A stretch of 64,000 nucleotides of DNA from the IMG/VR virus record IMGVR_UViG_3300045599_000077; one strand, given 5' to 3'. Below the pieces are notes generated by a model. That model searched no databases. It saw only the letters and a program-made list of their open reading frames with translations, and was not told the DNA's origin. Position 1 is the first letter of the stretch. Each line of letters opens with the position of its first letter. This document shows positions 49,692 through 59,061 of the stretch, piece by piece. The stretch comes from an uncultured virus (IMG/VR IMGVR_UViG_3300045599_000077) (lineage: Duplodnaviria > Heunggongvirae > Uroviricota > Caudoviricetes). Made by a program: the position numbers and the translations under genes.

Positions 49692-50477
49692 ATGAAATAT
49701 ATGAATAACCAAGAAATTCCCATAGAAGCTATTAAAGCATTGAAAATTATCAATGAACTACTTGGTGATATGCTAGTTGGTATATATTTATATGGTTCAG
49801 CAGTAATGGGAGGTTTACGCAAGGAAAGCGATGTAGATATTTTGGTGGTAACCAATCGTGATTTATCCGAAAGGACTCGAATAGATCTTACAGATAGGTT
49901 AATGTTTATATCTGGTAAAATAGGAAACATAAATGCTAATAGACCCCTTGAAGTTACAGTCATAAATCAAAAAGATGTTATTCCTTGGCATTTTCCTCCC
50001 AAATATGAATTTATGTACGGTGAGTGGCTAAGAGAGCAGTTTGAAAAGGGAGAAATTCCTGAGCCGACTTATGAGCCGGATTTAGCAATACTTTTAGCAC
50101 AACTAAGAAAAAATAGTATTAACCTTTTGGGACCAAAGGCAACAGAAGTAATAGAGCCTGTGCCGATGACAGATATTCGAAAAGCAATTAAAGAATCGTT
50201 GCCCGGGTTGATAGCCAGCATTAAAGGTGACGAACGCAATGTGATTTTAACGTTAGCCAGAATGTGGCTAACAGCATCTACTGGTGAAATCAGATCAAAG
50301 GATCAGGCAGCTGAATGGGCAATTCCTCAATTACCCTATGAGCATTCCATTTTACTTGACAAAGCAAGAAAGGCTTATCTAGGAGAGTATATTGATAAGT
50401 GGAATGGAATGGAGTCTGAGGTGACTGAACTTGTTAATTATATGAAGAAGTCTATAGAATCTTCTCTTGATCTCTAA
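49692..50477 (+). CDS. ant(9): Spectinomycin adenylyltransferase ANT(9), Spw-like
   Basis: YGSAVMGGLR.ESDVD, RPLEVT, YGEWLR, DERNVILTLARMW; closely resembles Spw/Spc by recall. Confidence 0.88.
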   Translation: MKYMNNQEIPIEAIKALKIINELLGDMLVGIYLYGSAVMGGLRKESDVDILVVTNRDLSERTRIDLTDRLMFISGKIGNINANRPLEVTVINQKDVIPWHFPPKYEFMYGEWLREQFEKGEIPEPTYEPDLAILLAQLRKNSINLLGPKATEVIEPVPMTDIRKAIKESLPGLIASIKGDERNVILTLARMWLTASTGEIRSKDQAAEWAIPQLPYEHSILLDKARKAYLGEYIDKWNGMESEVTELVNYMKKSIESSLDL

Positions 50478-50549
50478 AAGGCTGGTTGTTGAGAACTCCA
50501 TTGATAGATTCTCTCATACTGAAATTTTTTAAAATGGTCAAAACCGCTG

Positions 50550-50687
50550 GATATGTTCCCGCCTACCGATAGTGCAAAAAGCGGCGATGACATGTTTCCG
50601 ACTACCAACAATGTGAAAGACATCAATCCATCCCGCTCGTTGCATGTGGAGTGTGTGGTAGGAATATATTTGAGGGATGGGGAATAG
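50550..50687 (+). other. Putative attR: rlmD/rumA 3'-end-like remnant
   Basis: One frame reads DMFPPT...DMFPTT...HVECVVGIYLRDGE*; DMFPxTxHVE is the RlmD C-terminal motif. Confidence 0.7.
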
Positions 50688-50691
50688 TCTA

Positions 50692-50904
50692 ATGGGCAAA
50701 AACAAAGCTAATATTCAGCGTTGGTTGGATATGCCATCTGAACGACAGCAAATGTTTTTAGCAAATGTATGGTGTGTACATTGTAGGGATGTAGTAACGA
50801 TTATTGATTATAAAGTTGAGCCTCATGATATAGGTGTCGTTTTACGAGGGAAATGTAACACTTGTGGTCACGCAGTAGCAAGAGTCATTGAGATGGACAA
50901 TTAA
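50692..50904 (+). CDS. Small CxxC-CxxC zinc-finger-like hypothetical protein
   Basis: WCVHC...KCNTC; followed by terminator. Confidence 0.65.
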   Translation: MGKNKANIQRWLDMPSERQQMFLANVWCVHCRDVVTIIDYKVEPHDIGVVLRGKCNTCGHAVARVIEMDN

Positions 50905-50921
50905 ATTTAGATAGAACAAAG

Positions 50922-50950
50922 AGCATCTGCTGTGAAGGTAGGTGCTTTTT
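50922..50950 (+). terminator. Intrinsic terminator
   Basis: AGCATCTGCT...GGTAGGTGCT + T-run. Confidence 0.7.
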
Positions 50951-51166
50951 GTTTTGTTTGAATAGATGAAAATTGATAATTGATCATGTAAACGCCAATT
51001 GCCTGCGGGAATGTGGGGGATTTTCTTTTCGTTAGTCTCAAATATTTCTAAGATCATACAACTTCCATATATGTAAATATTTCTAATTTTGTTATTAAAA
51101 ATATGGCTTGTAAGAGGTATCATTATATATATCAAATTAAGTAGAATGAACTTTGGAGGCATACAT

Positions 51167-54037
51167 ATGAGTACCGCATATCATAGCCAGTATTTTGCAT
51201 ATGAACTTACTAAACAAAATTCTTCTTCTTCTATTGATCGGTTAAGTCAATCTTTAATCAATGCTACTGTTGATTTAAACCCTCATCAGGTAGAAGCAGC
51301 TCTTTTTGCATTTAGGGCTCCTTTGACAAGAGGGGCATTACTTGCAGACGAGGTTGGATTAGGAAAAACGATAGAAGCTGGTCTTATTATAAGTCAATTG
51401 TGGGCGGAGCGGAAAAGGAGAATACTTGTCATATGTCCTCCACCACTTCGAAAGCAATGGAATCGGGAGCTTATTGAAAAATTTTATATTCCTTCACTTA
51501 TACTAGAAAGTCTGAATTTTAATCAACTAAGCAAGCAAGGAATTAAAAATCCTTTTAAACAAGAAGATCAGATCGTGATTTGTTCCTATCAGTTCGCTAG
51601 AAATAAGGCAAATGAAATTAGTCGTATCGATTGGGATTTAATTATTATTGATGAGGCTCATCGCTTGCGAAATGTTTATAAGAAATCAAATAGAATTGGA
51701 CGAGCGTTAAGGCAGGCAACCAAAGGATTTCCAAAAATTTTGTTAACGGCTACACCTTTGCAAAATTCACTTATGGAATTGTATGGTTTAGTAAGTTTTA
51801 TCGACCCGTATATTTTTGGTGATGAAAAATCTTTTCGAAAACAATTTTCACGTACATCAAAGGAAATGTTAGATTCTGATTTTTTAGATTTAAAGCAAAG
51901 GATTAGACCAATCTGTCATCGGACGTTAAGAAGCCAGGTAACAGAATATGTGAATTATACACATCGAATCTCTGTAACCCAAGAATTTACTCCTACGTTG
52001 GCTGAGGAAGACTTATATAATAAAGTATCCACCTATTTACAGCGGGAACAACTTTACGCTTTGCCAAAAAGTCAAAGAAAATTGATGACGCTCGTTGTTC
52101 GAAAATTATTGGCATCCTCTTCGTTTGCTATTTCTGATACACTTTTGTCCTTAACTCAACGATTAGACAAGGCACTTCAGGAAATAAACATGGAACAGGA
52201 TGAACCAAGTTTTCTAGCAGACATAGATGAGATCGAAGAAACGAAGGAAGAATGGGAAGAAGAGGAAACATCTCTTGACGATGATGATTTAACATCAGAG
52301 CAGAAAAGAAAGAAGATCGAGGAAGAAAAGCAAGAATTATCTGCCTATCATCAACTCGCACAATCAATAACCGAGAATGCAAAGGGAGAAGCACTTCTTT
52401 TAGCTTTGAGAAATGGATTTGAGAAATTAAGGGATTTAGGTGCAAATGAAAAAGCCATTATTTTTACCGAATCCAGAAGGACGCAAATCTATTTAAAAGA
52501 AATGCTTGAATTAAACGGCTACAAGGGTAAAATTGTCATGTTTAATGGAACAAACAATGATGACGAGACAAAAGCTATCTATAAATCATGGCTTGAAAAA
52601 CATCAAAATGATGATCAAGTTACTGGTTCAAAAACTGCTGATACTAGAGCTGCTCTTGTGGAACATTTTCGCAATCATGCATCTGTCATGATTGCTACAG
52701 AATCAGCAGCTGAAGGAATAAACTTACAATTTTGCAGCTTGGTTGTTAATTATGATTTGCCCTGGAATCCGCAGCGAATTGAACAACGAATTGGTCGTTG
52801 CCACCGCTATGGACAGAAACATGATGTAGTCGTGATCAACTTCCTTAATCGTAAGAATGAGGCGGATAAACGTGTGTTTGACATTTTATCTGAAAAGTTT
52901 CGGCTTTTTGACGGAGTTTTCGGTTCGTCTGATGAAGTTCTAGGTTCTTTAGAATCAGGAGTCGATTTTGAAAAAAGAATTCAAGAAATATATCAAAATT
53001 GCCGAACATCTGAAGAGATCTCCGAAGCCTTTAATCAGTTGCAAAATGAATTAGATGAACAAATACAAGCAAAAATGAAAGAAACAAGAACGCATCTACT
53101 TGAAAATTTTGATGATGAAGTCCGTGAAAAATTAAGAGATCATTATGAGAAAACCCATTTGCAAATGAACAAAATGGAACGGTATCTATGGGAACTGTCC
53201 AAATTCGAGGGAGCAAGAAAAGCAAGTTTTGATGATCATACACTTAGCTTTCAATTGCATGGAAATGAAGTTCACTATCAAATGCTTTCACGAGCAAAAA
53301 AAGTAGAAATAGATAATAAGCAAGTTAATCATTATCGACTAGGTCATCCTCTTGCTATTGAATGGATTAATCAAGCGAAAGAACGTATATTACCTCCAAG
53401 GGAAATCACTTTTCGGTATTCAGATTATGAAGGAAAGGTAAGTGTATTAACCTCTCTAATTGGAAAAGAGGGCTGGTTATCACTTGATTTATTGCAGGTG
53501 GATTCTCTTGAAAAGGAAGAGTATCTAGTCTTTTCTTGCATTGATCAAGATGGGAATCAAATTGAACAAGAGGTATGTGAAAGGATGTTCTACCTTCCTG
53601 CATACGAAGGTGAAGAAATTGAGGTTTCTGAATCCATTTTACATACTCTTACGAGAATGAAAGAAGTCCAGGAAACTTCAACGCTGAATATCATTATGGA
53701 TCGAGCTGGTGAATACTTGGATGCGGAAATTGAAAAGTTGGAGAAGTGGTCAAAAGATCTTAAAATAAAGTTAGAAGATGTAATTGACGAAATAACGATT
53801 GAGATCAATCAATTAAAGAAAGAAGCAAAGTTAGAACGTCAAGTTATTAAGAAACTAGAAATAAATAAGCAGATTAAAGAACTTGAAAATAAACGGAGTG
53901 AAATGCGGAGAAATTTATATGATCAACAACAACAAATTGATGATCAAAAAGAAAGATTATTCGCTGAAGTAGAAGAAAAAATTCAACAAAAGGTAACGAA
54001 GGAGCATTTGTTTCTCATTAAATGGCGAATGATTTAA
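51167..54037 (+). CDS. SNF2/RapA-like helicase associated with R-M genes
   Basis: LADEVGLGKT, DEAH, LTATP, EQRIGRCHRYGQ, C-terminal coiled coil; GGAGG RBS before ATG 51167. Confidence 0.88.
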   Translation: MSTAYHSQYFAYELTKQNSSSSIDRLSQSLINATVDLNPHQVEAALFAFRAPLTRGALLADEVGLGKTIEAGLIISQLWAERKRRILVICPPPLRKQWNRELIEKFYIPSLILESLNFNQLSKQGIKNPFKQEDQIVICSYQFARNKANEISRIDWDLIIIDEAHRLRNVYKKSNRIGRALRQATKGFPKILLTATPLQNSLMELYGLVSFIDPYIFGDEKSFRKQFSRTSKEMLDSDFLDLKQRIRPICHRTLRSQVTEYVNYTHRISVTQEFTPTLAEEDLYNKVSTYLQREQLYALPKSQRKLMTLVVRKLLASSSFAISDTLLSLTQRLDKALQEINMEQDEPSFLADIDEIEETKEEWEEEETSLDDDDLTSEQKRKKIEEEKQELSAYHQLAQSITENAKGEALLLALRNGFEKLRDLGANEKAIIFTESRRTQIYLKEMLELNGYKGKIVMFNGTNNDDETKAIYKSWLEKHQNDDQVTGSKTADTRAALVEHFRNHASVMIATESAAEGINLQFCSLVVNYDLPWNPQRIEQRIGRCHRYGQKHDVVVINFLNRKNEADKRVFDILSEKFRLFDGVFGSSDEVLGSLESGVDFEKRIQEIYQNCRTSEEISEAFNQLQNELDEQIQAKMKETRTHLLENFDDEVREKLRDHYEKTHLQMNKMERYLWELSKFEGARKASFDDHTLSFQLHGNEVHYQMLSRAKKVEIDNKQVNHYRLGHPLAIEWINQAKERILPPREITFRYSDYEGKVSVLTSLIGKEGWLSLDLLQVDSLEKEEYLVFSCIDQDGNQIEQEVCERMFYLPAYEGEEIEVSESILHTLTRMKEVQETSTLNIIMDRAGEYLDAEIEKLEKWSKDLKIKLEDVIDEITIEINQLKKEAKLERQVIKKLEINKQIKELENKRSEMRRNLYDQQQQIDDQKERLFAEVEEKIQQKVTKEHLFLIKWRMI

Positions 54038-54060
54038 TAGATTGGACATGAGGTGTAAAA

Positions 54061-55815
54061 ATGAGTAAGAAAACGAGATTGGAATTAACGTGGATAGGTA
54101 AGGATGAGCGTCCTAATTTAGAACCACGAATATTAATTGAAGATCCAGAGCTATCTTATCATGCGAAACATAGGGTAACGGATAATGATATTTTTGATAA
54201 TAGGTTAATCTTTGGGGATAATTTACTTGCATTGAAGGCATTGGAGCAAGAGTTTACAGGGAAAATAAAGTGTATCTATATAGATCCTCCCTATAATACT
54301 GGGAATGCATTTGAGCATTATGATGATGGACTTGAACACTCGATATGGTTAAGTTTAATGAAGCAACGACTTGAGATACTGCACAAGTTGCTAAGAACCG
54401 ATGGTGTTCTATTTGTTCAATTAGATGATTCAGAGCAAGCATATCTAAAAGTGATTTTAGATGAAATATTTGGGAGAAAAAATTTTGTAGCCCAAATTAC
54501 CTATGAAAGATCCTCGGTAGGTGGCTTAGGTCAAGGTGGAGTTGTTGTTAATACAGGTGAATACATCCTAGTGTATAAAAAGGAAGAATATGGATTTAAT
54601 GAAGTTCAGTCGTATGAGCCAATTGATCTAAAAACGATGAAAAGATATAACAAAATAATGGTTGATTATGGGGAGAGAATTCTTATCGATGAATTTGAAT
54701 CAAAATCAAATGGAGAGAAAGTAAGACTTTTTAAGCATACTGATTATAAAATTGAAACATTTTCATTTAAAAATTATAAAAGTGAAAAAGATAAAATTGA
54801 CTTAGAATATGCACAAAAATTCGATAGTTTATTCAGAACTTTTCTAATTCAAAAGGAAAATAGTTTCCAACAAGATTTAATTTCCAGAATGGATAAGACC
54901 TGCCTATACTCTATTGAATATATTCCTTCACGAGGGAAAAACAAGGACAAATTAACTAACCTCTATTATCTAAACAATGAGTTAGTCGGTTGGCTAAAAG
55001 ATAGTGCAAGCTTAGAGGGAAATTTGGTTATGAAGTCATCCAAATTAACAAATGTTTGGACTCACTCGGAAATACCTAAAGCTGATTTACCAAATGAAGG
55101 TGGAGTGTCATTTCCGAGAGGGAAAAAGCCAGAACAATTGTTAAAAAGAATTATTGAGTGGTCAACAAACGAAGGGGATATTGTTTTAGATTCTTTTGCA
55201 GGATCTGGAACAACAGGTGCAGTAGCACATAAATTGGGGAGAAAATGGATAATGATTGAACTAGGAGAGCATTGTCATACTCATATTATTCCACGTCTAA
55301 AGCGTGTAATAGATGGATCAGACCAAGGTGGAATCAGTAAAACGGTTAACTGGCAAGGTGGCGGAGGATTCCGCTACTATCGTCTTGCACCAAGTCTACT
55401 TGAAAAGGATAAATACGATAACTGGATTATAAGCAAGCAGTATAATGCTGAAATGCTTGCTGAGGCCATGTGTAAACATGAAGGATTTATTTATCAGCCA
55501 GATGATACAATTTATTGGAAACAAGGGAAATCAACAGAAAACGATTATATTTACACGACTACTCAACTCATTAACCGAAATGTTCTTGATCAAATCTCAG
55601 ATCAGTTAGGCGAGAATGAGACATTACTGATATGCTGTAAAGCCTTTAATGTGAACCCGGATGATTTTCCAAATATAACACTAAAGAAAATTCCAACATC
55701 GATTCTAAGTAAATGTGAATTTGGAAAAGACGATTACAGTTTAAGAATTAGTGAACTCCAATATAAAGATATAAATCAGCAATTGGAGATGTTTGAAGGG
55801 GAGGAGAACGAATGA
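54061..55815 (+). CDS. Type III-like R-M Mod subunit (N6-adenine MTase)
   Basis: GDNLLAL, IDPPYNTG, KPEQLL, DSFAGSGTT, GGGFRYY. Confidence 0.88.
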   Translation: MSKKTRLELTWIGKDERPNLEPRILIEDPELSYHAKHRVTDNDIFDNRLIFGDNLLALKALEQEFTGKIKCIYIDPPYNTGNAFEHYDDGLEHSIWLSLMKQRLEILHKLLRTDGVLFVQLDDSEQAYLKVILDEIFGRKNFVAQITYERSSVGGLGQGGVVVNTGEYILVYKKEEYGFNEVQSYEPIDLKTMKRYNKIMVDYGERILIDEFESKSNGEKVRLFKHTDYKIETFSFKNYKSEKDKIDLEYAQKFDSLFRTFLIQKENSFQQDLISRMDKTCLYSIEYIPSRGKNKDKLTNLYYLNNELVGWLKDSASLEGNLVMKSSKLTNVWTHSEIPKADLPNEGGVSFPRGKKPEQLLKRIIEWSTNEGDIVLDSFAGSGTTGAVAHKLGRKWIMIELGEHCHTHIIPRLKRVIDGSDQGGISKTVNWQGGGGFRYYRLAPSLLEKDKYDNWIISKQYNAEMLAEAMCKHEGFIYQPDDTIYWKQGKSTENDYIYTTTQLINRNVLDQISDQLGENETLLICCKAFNVNPDDFPNITLKKIPTSILSKCEFGKDDYSLRISELQYKDINQQLEMFEGEENE

Positions 55816-58502
55816 ACCGATTCGTGAATACGATATCCGCTCGTCTAAGCTTAAGAATACCACAGCGGGAATCTTTAGAGATTCTCGCTCAAGTTACGGA
55901 TGAAATTGAACTATCTAAAAGTGATCAGCATAGTTTAACACAAAAACTCGAAAAAATAAAAACTTTATTTCCATCGGTTGAGGATTTTGAGAGAGAATTT
56001 CCTTCTTTGTGTTTTGCTCTAGCAACAGGTGTAGGTAAAACTCGATTAATGGGAGCATTTATTTCCTATTTACACCAAGCAAAAGGCGTCAATCATTTCT
56101 TTGTGTTAGCACCCAACCTTACCATCTATAATAAACTCATACAGGATTTTACGCCTAATACACCAAAATATGTATTTCAAGGAATCTCTACTTTTGCAAA
56201 TAAGCCCCCTTTCATTATCACAGGTGAAAACTACGAACAGAGTGGTATGTTTTTGCTAGACCCTGAATTAGTTAAAATTAATATTTTTAATATTTCGAAG
56301 ATTAATTCTGAGGTTAGAGGCGGTAATGCTCCTAGAATTAAGCGGTTAAGTGAGTACATAGGAGAAAGTTATTTTAATTATTTATCGGGATTACCTGATT
56401 TAGTGTTGCTTATGGATGAGTCTCATCGGTATAGAGCATCGGCAGGAGTTAAGGCACTAAATGAATTAAAGCCCGTACTTGGTATTGAATTAACAGCAAC
56501 CCCACAAGTGGAGTCAGGTTCCAAAACCATTCCATTTAAAAACGTAATATATAGTTTTCCTCTACACAAAGCAATGGAGATGGGGTATGTGAAAGAACCG
56601 GCTGTTGCTACAAGGGAGAATTTTGATGCTAGTAACTATTCGGAAGATCAACTTGAACGATTGAAACTGGAAGACGGAATTCGTGTGCATGAAGAAACAA
56701 AAATTGAATTAGAGGTATATGCAAGGCAAAATCATAAGCCGATTGTAAAACCATTTGTTTTAATCGTTGCACAAGATACAAACCATGCAAGTGATTTGAT
56801 GTCGATTATTCAATCGGAGGATTTCTTTGAGGGGAGATATAAAGGGAAGGTCATCACGGTTCATTCCAATCAGCGTGGAGAAGAAAAAGATGAGACCATC
56901 CAACAGCTTATATCGTTGGAAGACCCTACTTCTGATACTGAAATTGTTATTCATGTTAATATGCTCAAAGAAGGTTGGGATGTAACCAATCTATATACGA
57001 TTATACCGCTTCGTGCTGCCAATTCTAAAACGCTTGTGGAGCAGTCGATTGGGCGAGGGCTTCGTTTGCCGTATGGAATGCGAACGGGCGAAATGTCAGT
57101 TGACCGATTAACTATTATTGCCCATGATCGTTTCCAAGAAATTATTGATGAGGCAAATAACCCTAATTCGATCATTCGAGCTGGTGTTATCATTGGACGT
57201 GACGTGGCTCAAGAGCAAAAAATATCCATTACGATTGAACCTACCATAGATGTTCAAGTAATACAAAAAGTCGTAAGTAATATAGACAAGGAATTGGGGA
57301 ATAATCCCGATTCTTCTGGTGATCAGATTACTCAGAAGAAAATTGAAGTAAAACAAGAAATAGCCAAAAAAACAATGGAAACCATTCGAAAGTATGAATA
57401 TAAAGCGAATACCCGTGATTTGTCAACCAATGATTTTAAAGTTCAAGTTGTCCAAGAAATACAGGAGGCTTACCAACACCAGCAGTTAGAGATGTTTGAA
57501 GAACCAAAGGAAAAAATTATCGAAGAGACTGTTAAGCAAGTTCTTCAATTGTGTGAAGAATTAACAATTAACATTCCTAGAATTATTGTTCAACCAACAG
57601 GTGACCTGACTTGGGGGTATAAAGATTTTGATTTAGATGTAAGTAAAATTCATTTGCAGCCTGTTGATGAAAATATTCTTATACAGCATTTGAGAACCCA
57701 TCAACGTGAATTGTTAACCAACAGGAAACGGTCTTATACGATGGAGAGATTAGAAGACTATCTTGTTGCAGCTCTAATGGATTATGATGATATATCCTAT
57801 GATGATCACGCCGAATTACTATATAAATTAGCGGGGCAACTTGTAACACACTTACAAAGCTACCTGTTAAAGGAAGAAGAAGTCTTAAATGTTCTTCAGT
57901 ATAATCAGCGATTGCTAGCAGATCTCATCCATTCTCAAATGAAGGAATATTATTTTGAGAAGGCGACATCTTATGAAGTTATTGTAAGTAAGAAGTTTGA
58001 AACATTAAAGTCTGTAAACTGTTCCATCAATAAAGTGGATGGTTCCCGAAATTTCCGTGAGCCAGTAGAAGATAAGCTATCTATTAAAAGTATGGTTTTT
58101 AATGGATTTGTTAAGTGCTTATATCAACAACAGAAGTTTGATTCTGACAGCGAACGAAGATTTGCAGTAATATGTGAGAATGATGTGAATGTACTCAAAT
58201 GGTTTAAACCATCTAGAAATGACTTGAAAATATATTATAATCATACCCATGTTTATGAGCCGGATTTCATTGTAGAGACCAATGACAAGAAATATATCGT
58301 TGAGGTTAAAAAGGCAAATGAACTTGATGACAAGATCGTACAGGCTAAAGCCTCGGCTGTTGTAGAATGGTGCAACCATGCCACTAAGTTTGAGTTAGAA
58401 AATGGTGGAAAAGAATGGGCTTACCTTCTTATTCCGCATACAGATGTTAAGGAAAATATGACAATCACTGGGTTAGAATCAAAATATCGTTTATCTAAAT
58501 AA
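55812..58502 (+). CDS. Type III-like R-M Res subunit
   Basis: ATGVGKT, DESH, TATP, QSIGRGLR; C-term YEPDFIVE...VEVK nuclease. Confidence 0.88.
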   Translation: MNRFVNTISARLSLRIPQRESLEILAQVTDEIELSKSDQHSLTQKLEKIKTLFPSVEDFEREFPSLCFALATGVGKTRLMGAFISYLHQAKGVNHFFVLAPNLTIYNKLIQDFTPNTPKYVFQGISTFANKPPFIITGENYEQSGMFLLDPELVKINIFNISKINSEVRGGNAPRIKRLSEYIGESYFNYLSGLPDLVLLMDESHRYRASAGVKALNELKPVLGIELTATPQVESGSKTIPFKNVIYSFPLHKAMEMGYVKEPAVATRENFDASNYSEDQLERLKLEDGIRVHEETKIELEVYARQNHKPIVKPFVLIVAQDTNHASDLMSIIQSEDFFEGRYKGKVITVHSNQRGEEKDETIQQLISLEDPTSDTEIVIHVNMLKEGWDVTNLYTIIPLRAANSKTLVEQSIGRGLRLPYGMRTGEMSVDRLTIIAHDRFQEIIDEANNPNSIIRAGVIIGRDVAQEQKISITIEPTIDVQVIQKVVSNIDKELGNNPDSSGDQITQKKIEVKQEIAKKTMETIRKYEYKANTRDLSTNDFKVQVVQEIQEAYQHQQLEMFEEPKEKIIEETVKQVLQLCEELTINIPRIIVQPTGDLTWGYKDFDLDVSKIHLQPVDENILIQHLRTHQRELLTNRKRSYTMERLEDYLVAALMDYDDISYDDHAELLYKLAGQLVTHLQSYLLKEEEVLNVLQYNQRLLADLIHSQMKEYYFEKATSYEVIVSKKFETLKSVNCSINKVDGSRNFREPVEDKLSIKSMVFNGFVKCLYQQQKFDSDSERRFAVICENDVNVLKWFKPSRNDLKIYYNHTHVYEPDFIVETNDKKYIVEVKKANELDDKIVQAKASAVVEWCNHATKFELENGGKEWAYLLIPHTDVKENMTITGLESKYRLSK

Positions 58503-58535
58503 TTAACAATCAGGACAATCTCTACTGGAGGTATT

Positions 58536-58754
58536 ATGGCAGACATCAAATACGAAATCATCCAAACCATTGGCATCCTATCCGAAGGATCAAAAGGCTG
58601 GCGAAAAGAACTCAACCTAATTAGCTGGAACGGTCGAGATCCAAAATACGATATTCGAGATTGGTCAGAAGATCATTCCAAAATGGGCAAAGGTGTTACA
58701 TTGGATAAGGAAGAGTTGACGAGTTTGAAACAGATTTTGAAAAACCTAGACTAA
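58536..58754 (+). CDS. YdbC/PC4-family ssDNA-binding protein
   Basis: GWRKELNLISWN..PKYDIRDW...KMGKGVTL. Confidence 0.85.
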   Translation: MADIKYEIIQTIGILSEGSKGWRKELNLISWNGRDPKYDIRDWSEDHSKMGKGVTLDKEELTSLKQILKNLD

Positions 58755-58785
58755 TGTTACCGTTGACATCATTTTTTAGAAAACT

Positions 58786-58802
58786 ACAAATTGACAATTT
58801 GT
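58786..58802. promoter_or_regulatory. Palindromic operator overlapping TTGACA
   Basis: ACAAATTG-A-CAATTTGT perfect 8-bp inverted repeat. Confidence 0.45.
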
Positions 58803-58892
58803 TCATGTAAAATGTAACTGGAGGTTCATCCCTCTGGTTTATTTTTTTAGAAGTTGTTTTTACAGGAAATCTGAAATTTAGAGGTAATGTGG

Positions 58893-59009
58893 ATGGAAAA
58901 ATATTCATTAACTATGAAAATTATCATGGCGTTTGTAGCAGTCATGTTCATTGGTATATTGTGGGTGATTCTTAAAATATTAATGTTGGTGGTTGGGATT
59001 TTTAGTTAA
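58893..59009 (+). CDS. 38-aa hydrophobic membrane peptide (not in ORF track)
   Basis: GAGGT RBS; MEKYSLTMKIIMAFVAVMFIGILWVILKILMLVVGIFS. Confidence 0.55.
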   Translation: MEKYSLTMKIIMAFVAVMFIGILWVILKILMLVVGIFS

Positions 59010-59061
59010 CATTGCCATACCTTGTTTTCCTTTATTTCCACTCCTATGGAGGTCAAAATAG

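Larger units (their letters stand above)
1..50645. mobile_element. Prophage (siphovirus, Phi-m46.1-like organisation); left end outside window, right end at rlmD-like att remnant
   Basis: Ordered control, replication, packaging, head, tail, lysis and serine-recombinase modules, then cargo genes and a DMFP/HVECVV att-like sequence at 50550-50687. Confidence 0.85.
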
